A stretch of DNA of 64,000 nt, taken from Balanoglossus misakiensis (lineage: Eukaryota; Animalia; Hemichordata). Below are positions 26,401-41,600 of this stretch, one piece after another (position 1 is the first letter of the stretch; each line of letters opens with the position of its first letter). The stretch lies in the NCBI GenBank assembly GCA_040954595.2, contig CM082577.2, forward strand, positions 18,450,303 through 18,514,302. The letters are read 5' to 3'. Both the position numbers and the translations under genes were made by a program. The notes below the pieces were generated by a model. It saw nothing but the letters and a program-made list of their open reading frames with translations. It was not told the DNA's origin and did no database searches.

Positions 26401-29400
26401 TTCACCTTTTTCTTCAATTCTGGAATATCTGATTCTACTTCAGGATCATTACCATGGTATTTTTTGCCTTCCTCTATACATTCCAATCTGTCTAATTCAT
26501 TTTCAGGGCAGATTTGTGCCCATGCATCTTGCAGTGGTTCATTATTCCCACCAAGGAATTCTTCAGCCTCATCAACAGCATCAGCCTCTTTTTCATACAA
26601 TGCTTTGTTCCTTTCCACTATAACCTTCACTTTTTCTACACATTCAGATCCACATTTTACAGCACCAACACGATAGAAATTCTCATAGGATTCATAACCA
26701 CTAGGTTTCAGTTGTGCATCAACCCGGTATGGTAGAAAGAGTTCCAAGATACTACGATAATACTTCTCTGGATATTTTGTCACTGAGAATCTGGCATATC
26801 TAATGACAGCTGGTTCAGTACGTGATCTCTTCTGCATATAGCCAATATCATTTTGTAACTTTACTAAAGGACTCTGTCGTTTCTCATCATTGACATTCAC
26901 AACTTCTGATTTTGACACTATTCTGTATTCTGAGCAAAATGTAGCAACACACATGCTATCGAAATCTACCCCATTAGGTCTGTTCTTGTATCTGTCAACA
27001 ATACTGTGCATCCAGATGCTTTCCTCATCGACCTCATCACCCTTCATTTTGCTTTTTATTGCAGCAAATGGCAAACTCATTTTAATAGGATTTTCTCCAG
27101 TTGGAATAAACTGGACTTTTCGAGATGATTGCTTCAGTTTCAATCCACACACTCTATATACAGCCTCCTGGGCACTCACTTCTCTGTTGTGAAGATAAAC
27201 ACTGCCTAACTGCCTCAATGCAGATTTAGCATCCATATTTCCTTCTTTGTTAGCTTCTTTCTGAGCATGTTCCAGAAGTAAACCCATTTCTCTTTCTGCC
27301 TTGGAGATATAGGATACAATATACACAACACATGCATATGCATCAACAACAAACTGGATATCCATATTTGCATTCCAGCAACGCAAAAGACAAGCATTGT
27401 ATTGGTTTACCCACACATCATTAGGCTGACGTTCCATAACTATACTTGTCTTTTTTGAAACGATTGAATGTGCTCTCTCATAGGCTTCCTGAGATATACC
27501 AATTTTTTCAAATAAGTCATCTATGGTATCATACTCTTTCTCCTTGTCATTCATTGCCTCCCATACTTTTTCTAGCAGTTTTGTAGCCATCGTTTCCTCC
27601 ACTGGTGAAACACTTCTCTGTGAAACAGCAATTTCAACTGGTTCGCAACTCTCTGCCTTTTCTAGATCTTCTGGTACTGTATTCACTACACTGTCAACAG
27701 GGCGACATACAAATGTTTGTTGTGATGGTGGCCGTGGAAAATTAAATCTGCATGTAGTATTTTTCTTCTTGCAAGATTTTGAATGGCGTGTGCTGTGTTT
27801 CTGAACTGACTTCACAATGTCATGTAATTCTTCATCATTGTCAGATGATGGCATTTCACACGTGACATATCTGCCAACAAAATCAACCACTTCATCATCA
27901 GAATCCTTGTCTACTCTGGGTGCATCTTCAACCCAAAATAAGCAGTGTGTGTGGGGTGACCCACGTTGTTGGAATTCTACTCGATAAAAGTAATCTTTGA
28001 TTTTGCCAATAGGATTGGCTGGTGACATAATGACATCTTTCAGAAAACATTGAAACCGATGATCAAACATTCTTGCAGCTGTTACTGGGTTACGCTTCAA
28101 AATACCACATTTCTCAGACCAATCAAGATCCTCTGCTTTACGTGTACCACCTTCACCACGAAGCAGTGTCTCAATGAGTTCTGTCCATCGCAAATCAGCA
28201 GAAGAAAATGAACAGAACCATGTCGGTATACCTAGCTGTCTGATCATCGCAAACAAATCTTTCTGTGTAGCTTGCCAATAAGGGGGTGTCCCTCTGATAG
28301 GTTTCAAAAACTTGTAACCTTCATCACACTTCAAAATCTCTTGCAAAGATTGCCTGTCAGTCAAAACATCAGATGTAACTTTTTTCCCACAAGCATGTGC
28401 AGTTCCTTTTCTCAATGCAATAGACACATTGGATACAACCTGCTCAAGTTCTGACAAATACTGTGAATAGAATATGTAGTCTGTATTCTGTGCAAACCTA
28501 TTGCTTGCGTTCATCAAACGACTTTGCAAATATCGACCTATAGTAATTTCAATTTCTCTATCATCATGAAATGTTGGTGACCCAGTTGGAAATAACACTG
28601 GAAAGCACTTTGCTTCATTGAATTTCTCCATCAAAACACTAACAGGTGCATTACCCTCTGCAGGAGCAACAGAGATTATATCATCAAAGTGATAATCAAG
28701 AATATCCTGACCTATATTGACTGGTTGAAAGCACGTGTCCATGAATATCCCATTTGTATCTTTTCCAGACTCATTTTCATCCTCTCCTTCTGATGACACA
28801 TCATCATCATTACCTTTGAGATCTGCAGGTTCATCTTTTGCTTTCTCAAGACTATTTTCCCAATCCACATTGAATTTCACATCACTATACCACTGATTAT
28901 TTCTCTGTAAGTAACCTAGTGCATTCTCAATGTGGCTTTTAGTTACAAACTGATACTGATAACAACCCTTGTATGTCAATTTTCGCTTCAATTTCACCTT
29001 TATCATCTGATCATCCAATTCACCGCGTGGCAAAATACTTGTAGCTTTCTCTATATTAGATGGGACGCATACAACAGGTCCATGAACACCGTTCTGACCA
29101 CCTTTTGGTAGCGCCATCATTTTCATGAAAGGAATATGCAGCGCAATCAGATGTTGTTCTAGGGAATTCAGGCATTCCAATTCGCGAGGCATTGGGTTTA
29201 CATGCAGATTATTTGCAACAGCTTGAACTGGCATCTTCCCACGCAACATTTTAGTGTCACAAGTGTAACAAATCCACATCTTACTAGCTGCACTATTCTC
29301 AAGTGGGCACTCAACAGGACATAATAAACTACATCTATGTACATAATCTTCTGTAATGCAATTCTCAGCAATATCACATGATGCTATTTTACTCGCATAC

Positions 29401-32317
29401 TTATCTCTTTTGCAAAGCTTCACTTGCTTTCTGAAAAGTCGCCTGTGGCAAACAGAACACACACAGTCAGGACCATTTGATACCTGATTTCTGAAACCAA
29501 CAACCACATAATCTAAATTTCTTTTCTTAATTTTGTTCTGTTCTCTCTCTCTCCTCCTTCTTTCTAATACAGTCTCTCTGTAATGCGGGTTTCGTTTGTA
29601 CCTTTGTGAACACTCTCTCTGCAGATTTTCTCTGACCAGGGGAACTTTCCTATATCGTTCACAAAATTCTGATTTTTTCTTCTCACGAAATTGCCTGTCC
29701 TCCTGATATTTTTGTACAAATTTCAACTTCTGCGATTCACGAAACACAGCATCTTGCCAGTACTTCTCTGAACATTTCACCTTTGTAGCTTCACGAAACA
29801 ATGCGTCATGCCGGTACTTCTCTGCACATTTCAACTTTGTGGCTTCACGAAACAATGCGTCATGCCGGTACTTCTCTGCACATTTCAACTTTGTGGCTTC
29901 ACGAAACAATGCATCATGCCGGTACTTCTCTGCACATTTCAACTTTGTGGCTTCACGAAACAAAATGTCCCGTTGATACTTCTCTGACAATTTCTGTTTC
30001 TTAACCTCTCTGTAATTTATATCTTCATGGTACTTTCTTTTACTTCTCATTTTCAGTTGCTCTCTTATTTCACAATTACTATGATACAACGCACGCTGTC
30101 GATGACCTTTACTGCTCCTTGTCTTAGTAATTGCAGTCACCATACTTTTTTCTCGTTGGTATCTCTCTCTTCTCAGTTCCTTTTGAACCCTTGCACTCAA
30201 GCGACTTTGTCTCTTACCTCCTCTTTTAATCCTCTGAGGTTCCAAATTGTCATTGACAATTCCTTCTTCATTTACACACTTTTTTGTGAATTATAAATGT
30301 CACTAGTGACACATTTCAAGTTGTCATTGACATTTACACTACGCACCACTACATCACACTCACTATGTGTACAGTGACAGGTTTCCAAATTTGGTGTTTT
30401 CACACACTCAACAACTTCAAAATGATTTTGATTCACATGATTAATATAGATACCATCACCTCGACTACAATTCCTCTTATTAAATTTATTGCAAGGATGT
30501 TTCCACCATCGACCGATACTATAGACATAAATGTCAGTGTTCAAAAGGTCTGCTCCAACAAGGATCTCCAATTCAGAGCCCCAAACATGAAGGGAAGCCA
30601 TTCTAGACTTCTCAATATAGTCTGTAAATGACATATACCCCATTACGTTTAGATATGTTAAATATGCTTTCTCATTCACTTTCATGTGATTAACAATTGC
30701 TTGTCTCATCACTCTGTGATTTCTCTCAGTACCACTGACAGCATATGACAAAGACCTAAATAAACAATTACCATCACCAATAATTGATTTCATTCTACAC
30801 GGTTCACCTGTTTCAACACTGTAAATTGTATTCTGCAAAACATTATTTTCATTTCGAATTTGAAGTTTGTTACACAACTGTGTACGGATGGCAGGTGACA
30901 TGGGAGAAAATAGTAACGCATGCTTTATTTCACTTTTAATACACAAATCATCTGACTCATTTCCCCCACACTCAAAGTCTATGACTGAGGGCATATGAAT
31001 ATCATCATTAGCATTTACAATACTAACTTCTGTTTTCACATCAATCATCTGCACTTCCAAATTGTCATTGACAATTCTTTTCTTGTTTGGCCATTTCCTT
31101 TGTGAATTAGAAATGTCACTAGTGACACATTTCAACTTTTCATTGACATTTACACTAGGCAATACTACATCACAATCACTATGTTTACAGTGACAAGTTT
31201 CCAAGTTTGGTGTTTTCACACACTCAACAACTTCAAAATGATTTTGATTCACATGATTAATGTAGATACCATCACCTCGACTGCAATTGCTCTTATTAAA
31301 TTTATTGCAAGGATGTTTCCACCATCGACCGATACTATAGACATAAATGTCAGTGTTCAATAGGTCTGCTCCAACAAGGATCTCCAATTCACAGCCCCAA
31401 ACATGAATGGAAGCCATTCTAGACTTCTCAATATAGTCTGTACATGATGTATACCCCATTACGTTCAGATATGTTAAATATGCTTTCTCATTCACTTTCA
31501 TGTGATTAACAATTGCTTGTCTCATCACTCTGTGATTTCTCTCAGTACCACTGACAGCATATGACAAAGACCTAAATAAACAATTACCATCACCAATAAT
31601 TGATTTCATTCTACACGGTTCACCTGTTTCAACACTGTAAATTTTATTCTGCAAAACATTATTTTCATTTCGAATGTGAAGTTTGCTACACAACTGTGTA
31701 CGGATGGCAGGTGACATGGGAGAAAATAATAAGGCATGCTTTATTTCACTTTGAATACACAAATCATCTGACTCATTTCCCCCACACTCAAAGTCTATGA
31801 CTGAGGGCATATTAATGTCATCATAAGCATTGACAATACTAACTTCTGTCATCACATTAGATTTCACCTCCAATTCTTTCTTAATCTCAATTCCTGTTCC
31901 CTTACCTTGGTTATCAACAATGTCATGAATCACATTGTGTTTCATATTCAGTTCTGCATTCTGCCCACAGTTTACACTAGGTGACAGTTCACAAGAAATA
32001 TCACTTGCGTCCCGAGGTACAACATTGGCAGAGTCATTTGAGCCCCGAGGGACAGCATTGGCAGAGTCATTTGAGTCCCGAGGGACAACATTTACAGAGT
32101 CATTTGAGTCCCGAGGGACAACATTGGCATAATCATTTGAATCCTGAAGGACAATATTTCCACATTCATTTGAGTCCCGAGGGACAATCTTTCCATTGCT
32201 TTGGTCAAACAGGACAGATTGGTCCTGAGTGACAATTCCACTGGTTGGTGGGACACGACCCAAACCCAACCGCTTCTTCTGCGCATCACTGTTCCTCCAG
32301 TTCTTCTTACGAGGCAT
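23479..32317 (-). pseudogene. Helentron transposase OTU-OTU-Rep-Pif1-EN, copy 2 (~2690 aa when repaired)
   Basis: ORFs 30272-32317 and 24366-30245 are separated by a 1-nt deletion near 30280; the EN C-terminus is split by a MITE and resumes at 23637-23479. Confidence 0.94.
23638..24410. mobile_element. 773-bp non-autonomous PIF/Harbinger (Tourist-like) MITE inserted in the endonuclease domain
   Basis: ~45-bp TIRs GGCTGCATTCACAAACACCTCTGGAG(G)nCAGGAGAATT; TAA TSD at 23635-23637 and 24411-24413; empty site in copy 1 (gcattaaattcaca, ~2630); subterminal ttttcaaatcccccc repeats. Confidence 0.92.
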
Positions 32318-33756
32318 CTGAAAAATATATAAACACGATTACCATCACCACACTATTTACCCATTCACTGTGGATCAACAAATCTAATTCTGCATACCTA
32401 CCACATTTCAGTGTCTGCATCACTTCTTTTCATGTTTCCCTACCGTTGTATTGAAATAATACAGCCCTTACCACAAATAGGTTCCATAATACCGGTACAA
32501 AGGTGAAATACTCATGTACAATAGCAACTACGCTCACCACAATTGTGTACTGTTTGTGTACATCAAACTACACCATAACTAAGGCACTGTCATTACAGGT
32601 TCCACACAACATTTTCTGTTTTAATCATGTCCCACGATACCTCAATAATCCTGGTAAAGAACGATACATACACTACACAAGCTCTTGACCACCTCTATGA
32701 TGACCACACATCTACAATCTAGAATGCAATTCATATCCCCTGTTATATCTATAACACTTACCCTCAATCTGTTTTGTCACCAGCACCTGGCAAAAATGGA
32801 CCAAATAACCTTATTTAGTAACGACGTCTATCACCCACTTCTAAATACTGATACAACACAGCATACACAAAATCTCTATAAAATATATACTGGTGGCAAC
32901 TTGCACAACAACAGTTTCCAGATTTCATTATACACCCCTTCGCATTTCCCCGTATGCTACCAACACACAACTACCGATATAGTTATTCATCAAGTTGGTA
33001 TGATCAACAAACCCTAAGGGAAACACAAAACCAGATTACCTTCCTAGCCAACACTGCACACATTACCATACCTTCACAACAGGCACAATGACAGCTCCCT
33101 ACACACTTCCCATCCACATTTCCCTCACACTCACTAAATGTAACAAATGAAATTGCTGAAGACAAACATGATTCCCTCATTTACATAACAACAGCATACA
33201 AATTCAAATACACACTATTCATTACACATAATTTCACCAGTATTACACCATTACAACTTACTCAAACAGTCTTTGATATCACAAGCTATTCAAGAAAAAG
33301 CTCACACAGCAAACAATAAATCCTATAACCTCATAGTAAACACCAATATAAACACTCACCTTCACACTGAGATATATCTTTCACCAAAATCTGTTAACAA
33401 AATAAAGTAAACCATTACAGTAACTCATTACTTCCCTCAATTAACCCCCAACAGGAAAAATATGCACATGTATGTGTACAATTGACAAAAACATCAGTAT
33501 AACAGTACACATACCTCACTCAACACAACCCAAACAAAACACTGTCGTTTTCCACAACACATCACTGTACAAACACAATGACTAACACTGAATTCACTGC
33601 CACACCTTCACTATTCAGTAATTACATGAATTAGGTATAAACATCACACTCTACTTACAGTAACATCCCTTCTGACATCATCAAAACCACACTTCCGCTC
33701 AATACACTATAATTACACAACCGACAGACCGACGTAATTAGTGCGTAGGCCACTAA

Positions 33757-34012
33757 AGGCCGCCGCACACAACAGAAATCAGCTGAACAAAACGCCATTC
33801 CAGTTATTTTGCGCAGCAAGTTTTTCTCGTGTGCGGTGGTCTTGAATAATTTCCCTCGCGACGAAAACAATATCAAACATGTTGAATATCGTAATCCGCG
33901 GCGCAAAAGTCAAAAGAACGGGAAAAATCGCCCGCACACGGGAGGAAAATTGCAGAGCAGAATTCCTGGAATGGCGTTTTGCTCAACTGGTTTCTCTCGT
34001 GTGCGGCGGCCT
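33757..34012. mobile_element. 256-bp Harbinger-type MITE, copy 2
   Basis: AGGCCGCCGCACAC...GTGTGCGGCGGCCT termini; homologous to 12187-12442. Confidence 0.7.
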
Positions 34013-35680
34013 TAGGGAAACACTCCGTCGCCGCCATATTTATTTGCACTTGCCTCACTTACATATGACACAACACTTATTACACTCACGTCGCCATTCA
34101 TATCATTATCACAATACCGCTGGATAAACTACAACTACACAATCGACACCATCCACCTATCCACTCATCCAAATCACCGATAAAATGAGTTATACACCCC
34201 TTTTAAACTCTGACATGTCAGCATAACTTATTGCGTAACAACCTCTGCAAAACACACGATCAACGCCATACTGGATTTACCTGGGTAACTTGTTCAAATA
34301 CAAGTCTCCATCAACAGACATCGCGGATTCGCCCCTCATATCATCAAAATCACACCACCGCTGAATCAACTACAACTACACAAACGTCACCAACCACCTC
34401 TCCACTCATCCAAATCACCAACAAGATCTATACAACACACAATTTCAACATGTAACCATCAGGACACTCACCATCAATCAGTTGACCTCTGCCGCTGTAA
34501 ACTTGTTTTCGTATTCGCAATCACATTCGTTTTCAGATCCGTCAACCTGTGCGCTACACAGAACATCTCCACACTCAAATGCCTACCAGGACAAAATACC
34601 TCATACGGATAGCCATTGTGAATATCAATATTTAGACTATGTCAACGAATTCCATAACTTGAACAGTAAACATCAGCCCAAGTGATCATATTCACAGTTT
34701 GTGTGCAAATAACCTACCCTGCCGTCAAAACCTTACACCAAATCTATTACATGAAAGAAACCACCTTTTATTACTATTATATTTCCTATTTTTTGGCCCA
34801 CCCATGGGCCTATACCCCCCACATTTAAGCTATGACCACCAATTACTTCCGTAATTATATTCCGTGCGTGGACACATCACGCTTACTTATACAGCAGGTA
34901 CTTTAGAGTTCAAAATGTATGATTTCCTACTGATCAGTTACGATACATCCGGCGTAGGCAAACCGTAAATGCTTTTGTTGTCGTTATTATTGGGGTTCAG
35001 TGAATCCCAATCACGTCACTTCCGCCTAAGATGCACTCGACTCCGGCTCCACACAAATATGCGGCCTATTCCAACGCGCGCGCACGTGGCATCGGCAAAG
35101 ACGCCATGCAAAGGTTGCGTCTCGCAGCACTTATTTGTTACCCATTCCTGTTTAATAACTTACATTTACATGAAAATAACGGCAAATCCGTGTTCTCTAC
35201 ATGTCCCTTTCGCGCAATCAATGCTACATTACATTCCTATTCCGGCCTTCCTTTCCATAACACTGGTCGACATCTTTTCACCCTCGATATCCGCCTATCA
35301 CCCCTACAGCCCAATATATTGTTCCACCCGGCCGAATAACATGTACCCCAGTTATTAGTACGCAAACTTGCAATCCTCACCGACAGCATCAAAAACCCAC
35401 CATTTACCTACTTTCACTTAAAGCATTCAATCAACAGTTCACAACGACTTCGCTCTCTGACTTTGTTACCCAATACACAGAACGCTTCTATCATGATAAC
35501 ACTTCCATCTCGGTTTCTTCTCGCACTACTTGCCCTTTCACACACCCACTCACACACAAACACAAACATTGCATACATCGCTGTACTAAACATCACCCTT
35601 CCTTCCAACAAACCATTCTTCTTCCTGCGCCATTACATCACACTGCTACTGATCCTCACCGCCCGACATTACATTCCAAA

Positions 35681-38600
35681 ATGTACACTCCGACCAAACG
35701 AATGCGCACATCAACCGATTCGCCACCCAGATCAGACGACATGTATTCGAACATACGCGGCTACCCCCACAACGTGTCTCCCATCCGACAGAGTTCCAAG
35801 ACCAAGACTCGTTATTTTAACTTTACACTTCAGACAGACAGAAATGAATACCACGAAAGCGTGTGCTATCAGCCAGATAAAAGAAATACCCTCGTATCCG
35901 CCGTCGACAGCAAGACACCACTGCTCTTCCGCTCAGTGCGCAAACTTTTGGGTAAGTCTACACTTCATTCCATTCTTTACAGTCCAATCAATGTCAGTGC
36001 CACCAGTACAGTAACCACGAATGCTCCATTTACATCTCACTTCCGGTGTGCGTTATTCGCACTGCAGTTACCACTACAACAGTACAAGTACAACGACTTC
36101 AACGCCACATTTCCAACGCATATGTATTGCATTTCCAAAAGCACGCCACAGTAACAAACTACACCATTTTGACACATAATTGCCGCCTACTTCAGAACTA
36201 CACGAGCTATTTACTACTTTCACCATTCCTGCGTTCACGTGTTACACACCCACAACACATAACTCGTACTATCTCTTTTCCCATGTGAATCACCAACCGT
36301 TGCGCCTTTTTCCTTCTCCAACATGGTCACACAGTCCTCCCCTCTGCCAACCCCAACACAACAACACCACCACAGCGCAGACATCCCCCAGTGTATTACT
36401 TCATCACACCACACTGCTGTACGTCCCCCCCCCCCTCCCTTATAAACAAAAACACAACCCCTCCAGAAGATGCTACCCACTTCAGGCATACACACAATCT
36501 GTCCAACCTTACTTTGCATTTATAAACAACAAATTCCACCATGCTCACTGTAATGATATATGCTAGTGGAATAGCGCCCCCAACCTTTCTACGTCACTTC
36601 CGTTGTGCTTGCTAATAAAGTATAAGTTGAGTTACAGTTCAACTTGACGAGTGTGTGCCTTTCCATATAGAATATCGACGCATAACATTACATGGTGGCA
36701 GCGGTAAAGTATACTGAGACCACTTGAACTCTATACGCTACTTTTGTGCGAATAATTCGTGTGTTGAACGAATTGACGCTGGGATTTCTACATTGGAAAG
36801 GGCACGACGCGACGTCACGGTGGTGAAGAAGCCATATTGAAAACGCGCCTTCTGAACTATACACGTGACACTGTCCTTACATGAACTTTGGACAACCGAT
36901 ATTCTCGACAACGGACGGAATTGAACTGGTTACCAAACTTTCGTGGTAAATATCGTCTTTTCACCAGTACGGATCTTGAACGATCGACTACGTAGAGACT
37001 CTGTTCCTGTTATTTGTGATACGGACATACACATTTCAAACGCTATTGGCCAACATGGGCGACGGTATAAAATGTCCTCACATGAAATGGGAGAGTGGTG
37101 ACGACCAGGCTGCTCTACTCGATTATCGCAACAGGCTGGATCGCTGGTTCGACATAAAGAAAGTTCCAGACGCGGAACAACACCACTACATCATTTTCCA
37201 AGCAGGAGAAAAGGGTGAGCACCTGTCCAAAACATGGACATTAACCGACCTTGAACGGAAAACGCCCAACAACGTATGGGACAAATTTAAACAGTCAGTT
37301 GGTTTTGCGGATCATTTCCGAGTACACAGACTGAACTTGACTGCATACAAGCAGAAAGATGGAGAAAGTATTGATGAGTTCTATACACGCTGCAGAGCAC
37401 TAGCCTTGAAGTGTAAGTTCAAAGACATGGATGACCGTCTGATTGACCAGTTAATTATGGGTACACGAGTGAATGACTCCCGCAAAGAATTGCTCAGTGA
37501 GGGCGAAACGCTGACGATAGAAGATGCACTGAAGAAGTGTAGAGCCCAAGAAGCGACGCATGCGCACATGAAAGCATTTAAAAGTGCAGGTACGCCAACT
37601 ACCAAAGTAGATGCTATCCACAAGAAACGTGATACAAAGAAGACTAAAGGTGTAGCTAATTGCAAGTTTTGTGCAAAGGACCACCCATATGGACAATGTC
37701 CAGCATTTCATAGCAAATGTGGTACTTGTGGTAAAACCGGACATTGGAAAGCCCGATGTAAGTCGCTGAATGAACAACAAAAGCCCACAAGCCGTGGCAG
37801 GAAACCATTTGTGTCTAGTCGACAGACAAAAAGCCGCACTACGACTCGCAGTGGATATGGTAACCAAGACGATGGCAGTAAGAAAACTGTACACGCACTG
37901 GACGTTGATTCCGATGATGACTACGAACAGTTCTCCTTCGACGCTATCAATAGAAACACAAGACGAAACCGTGATGACGGTGACATCATGATTGATGTTG
38001 ACGCACGCATCCCTGGTTACAGTCGGGTAGCCAAGATGAGATGTAAAGTGGACACCGGAGCGCAAGGAAACGTCCTACCGGTGAGAACATTCAAAAACAT
38101 GTTTCCATCACTAGTCAGTCCTACAGGACTCAGTCAGGGTAACATCCTAGAGAAACGCCCACACGTGAAGTTATATGCGTACAACGGCACAGAAATCAAT
38201 CAACATGGTTCTGTCAACCTGAGATTGCGATACGATGTTGGAACAAAACAATGGCACAATATAGAATTCTTCGTTGCTGACACACCAGGACCGATAATTC
38301 TGGGGAAACACGCTAGTCAACTGTTGAACATAATCACAGTCAACACTGTCGCAGCAATGACACTACGTGTTGCAAGTTCAGACGCACCAAAGCGGATAGA
38401 CAACACGTCAACGCTTGTGGACACATACCCCGATAGATTTACGGGTATTGGCAAGTTTCCTGGTAAATACCACATCGATGTAAAGCCAGACGTGACACCA
38501 GTGGTAAGTCCCCCCAGGAAATACCCTATCCATTTGAAGGATGAGATTCAGGCCGAACTTGACAAAATGACAAAAATGGGTGTCATTGAACCCATCCCAG

Positions 38601-41600
38601 AAAACGAAAGCACTGAATGGCTGAACTCACTCGCTTTCAGCAGAAAGGATTCAGGTAAATTACGTGTGTGTCTGGATCCACGAAACTTGAACATTGCAAT
38701 CAAGCGAACATACCATAGAGCGCCAACAGTCGAGGAGATTACTCACAAACTCGCAGGTGCCAAAGTCTTCAGCAAGTTAGACGCCCGACATGGTTATTGG
38801 AGCATTGAGCTCGATGACGAGTCTGCAGCACTGACATCATTCAGTACACCAAGTAAGCGGTATAGATTTCGTCGCTTACCATTTGGTCTTAAAGTCTCTC
38901 AAGATGTATTCCAGGAGAAGATGGATCTGATATTGGCTGGCTGCAATGGTACTCTGAGTATCGCCGATGACATTATCGTCTTCGGAAAAGATGACGCTGA
39001 TCACGACGCCAACATACATAACTTGATGATACATGCTCGTCAGAATGGTCTTGTCTTCAACGATGAAAAGTGTAAAATCAAGACTAACGAGGTCACATTC
39101 TACGGTATGGTCTATACCGCCCAGGGAGTACGCCCAGACGAAAGGAAAGTAAAAGAAATTGTTGACCTGCCGAGCCCTACAAGTGTTAAGGAGCTTCAGC
39201 AATTTCTTGGTATGGTACAGTATTTAGCACCATTCATACCAAACCTATCTAGCAAAACTTCAGCACTACGCGAACTGATCAAGAAGGACACGAGTTGGAC
39301 ATGGACAGCAACTCACGAGAATGTCTTCCAAGAGATCAAGAAGCTGATATGTAACACTGTTACACTCAACTACTTCGACCCCCAGCGAGAAACGAAAATA
39401 CAGGTCGACGCCAGCAAAAAGGGACTTGGTGCAGTGTTGATCCAAGTCAACGCCAATGGTCGAGAAGATGTAATTGCATTTGCATCGAAAGCACTTACGC
39501 CCACAGAGGAACGATATGCGAACATTGAGAGAGAAATGCTTGCAGTAGTATTTGGAGCCGAACGCTTCCACACATACGTTTATGGGTCCAAGTTTGTTGT
39601 TGAATCGGACCACAAACCCCTCGAAGCCATAAAGCTCAAGAATCTGAGCCAGGCTCCCCCACGTTTGCAACGGATGTTGCTACGGATACAACAATACGAC
39701 ATGGAGATAAAATACAGACCAGGCAGAGAGCTACTATTGGCCGACGCATTATCACGCCTCAACCCAAAACCGTCCGCAACACTGAAGCTGGAGAAGACTA
39801 TCCACAGTGTACGATGGTCAGATGCAAAAATGGATCAGCTGCGTTATCACACAGACTGTGATCCAGAACTCCAAATGTTGAAAAACATAGTCACCAGCGG
39901 ATGGCCTGAAAAGGTGCAAGATGTGCCTAAGCTTGTTAGACAGTACTGGAGTATGAAAGACTTCATCTCTGTCGAAGATGGGATTCTGATGAAAGGTGAA
40001 CGCATCATAGTTCCAAAATCCCTCCAGGATGAGATACTATCAAAGCTACATATGAGTCACCAAGGTATTGAAAAGACGCGACTCAGAGCCAGAACCTGTG
40101 TCTACTGGAGAGGGATAGACAATGATATTGAATGCATGATTGACAAATGCGATGCCTGTCTGCGGTTCACAAAGAGAGAACTGAAACAGAGCATGATACC
40201 CCACGACATGCCAAGCGCACCATGGCAGAACATAGGATCTGATCTATTTGCGTTAGATGGTGATACATATCTTGTAGTCGGAGACTACTACAGCAAGATG
40301 ACATTTGTTAGACACCTCAACGCTGAAACCAGCAGAGCAGTTATCAGGAAACTCAAGACTATATTCGGAGAGCACGGAATTCCTGAACGCATGTTTAGTG
40401 ATGGTGGACCATGCTATTCCAGCAAGGAATTCAGAGAATTCAGTGAGAATTGGGGATTCAGACACGTCATGTCCTCACCTCACTACCCACAGTCAAACGG
40501 TTTCATTGAAAGAGCTGTACAGACTGTAAAAGCCACAATGAAGAAAGCAAAACACGCAGGGATTGATCCAGAGCTCGCATTACTGTGTGTTAGAGCTACC
40601 CCGTCGGATGGAAAGATTGGCAGTCCTACAGATTTGTTGTACAACAGGAAGGTCAGAACTAACCTACCCACCAGAGTGAAAGGAGACGAAGAAACGATGA
40701 CTTCTCTTCGTAAACGTCAGGAAGTACAGAAGTACTACTATGACAGATCAGCTCGTGACCGCCCAGATTTACAAGTTGGACAAACAGTTGGTCTGCAACA
40801 CCCACAATCACTACGATGGACAACAGGGAAGATCACTGAGAAATGCCCTGAACCTAGATCGTACATGGTTGAAACATCGACCGGATCTACATTGAGAAGA
40901 AACCAGAAGTTTCTCAAAGACCTGAGCACAAGAGACATCAGCGGACAGAACGAGAGCAAACTACCGAGTGATGAACCGAAACAAGCCATCATTAGTCATA
41001 CAGTCACGGACAGTCAGGCTGTAACACAGAACAACAACATGGGAAACAACAACACCAAACAGAGTGATGTGAAGAGAACATCTTCAGGCAGAGCGATCAA
41101 ACCACCAGTATGGAAAAAAGACTATGTGTAAAACATTGAGATCACATTGATAGAGAACACTTGTTGTTGCAACATAATATTTCCAGAAGGAAACATGAAC
41201 AAATGAACAGTTCACAGACAATAGACATTCGTTATCTGTTAATTCTTTATTGTTCTATTGACTCTTACGAAGCTCAGAAATTTGCTAGAGCATTACGTGT
41301 TTGCATGCTAGTTTGTTATTAGCAACAGAGCAATGTTTCATGCTCATTTCTTCTTTTTATAAAGAAGGGGGATGTAATGATATATGCTAGTGGAATAGCG
41401 CCCCCAACCTTTCTACGTCACTTCCGTTGTGCTTGCTAATAAAGTATAAGTTGAGTTACAGTTCAACTTGACGAGTGTGTGCCTTTCCATATAGAATATC
41501 GACGCATAACATTACACTCACATTCACCCACTGCCAACCTCAAGTACTGCATATTACCACCTTCTCTATGCAACATGCCATTTTCTTTGTGACTCGGCTC

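Larger units (their letters stand above)
36549..41516 (+). mobile_element. Intact Ty3/Gypsy LTR retrotransposon, Mag-clade-like
   Basis: TG...CA LTRs, 5-bp TSD CTCAC (36544-36548 / 41517-41521), empty site in copy 1 (~14956), PBS, PPT, single gag-pol ORF. Confidence 0.97.

Noticed and set aside
38955-38975. RT active site IADD instead of YxDD as a defect
   Set aside because: This variant is common in Mag-type Gypsy elements and the ORF is otherwise intact
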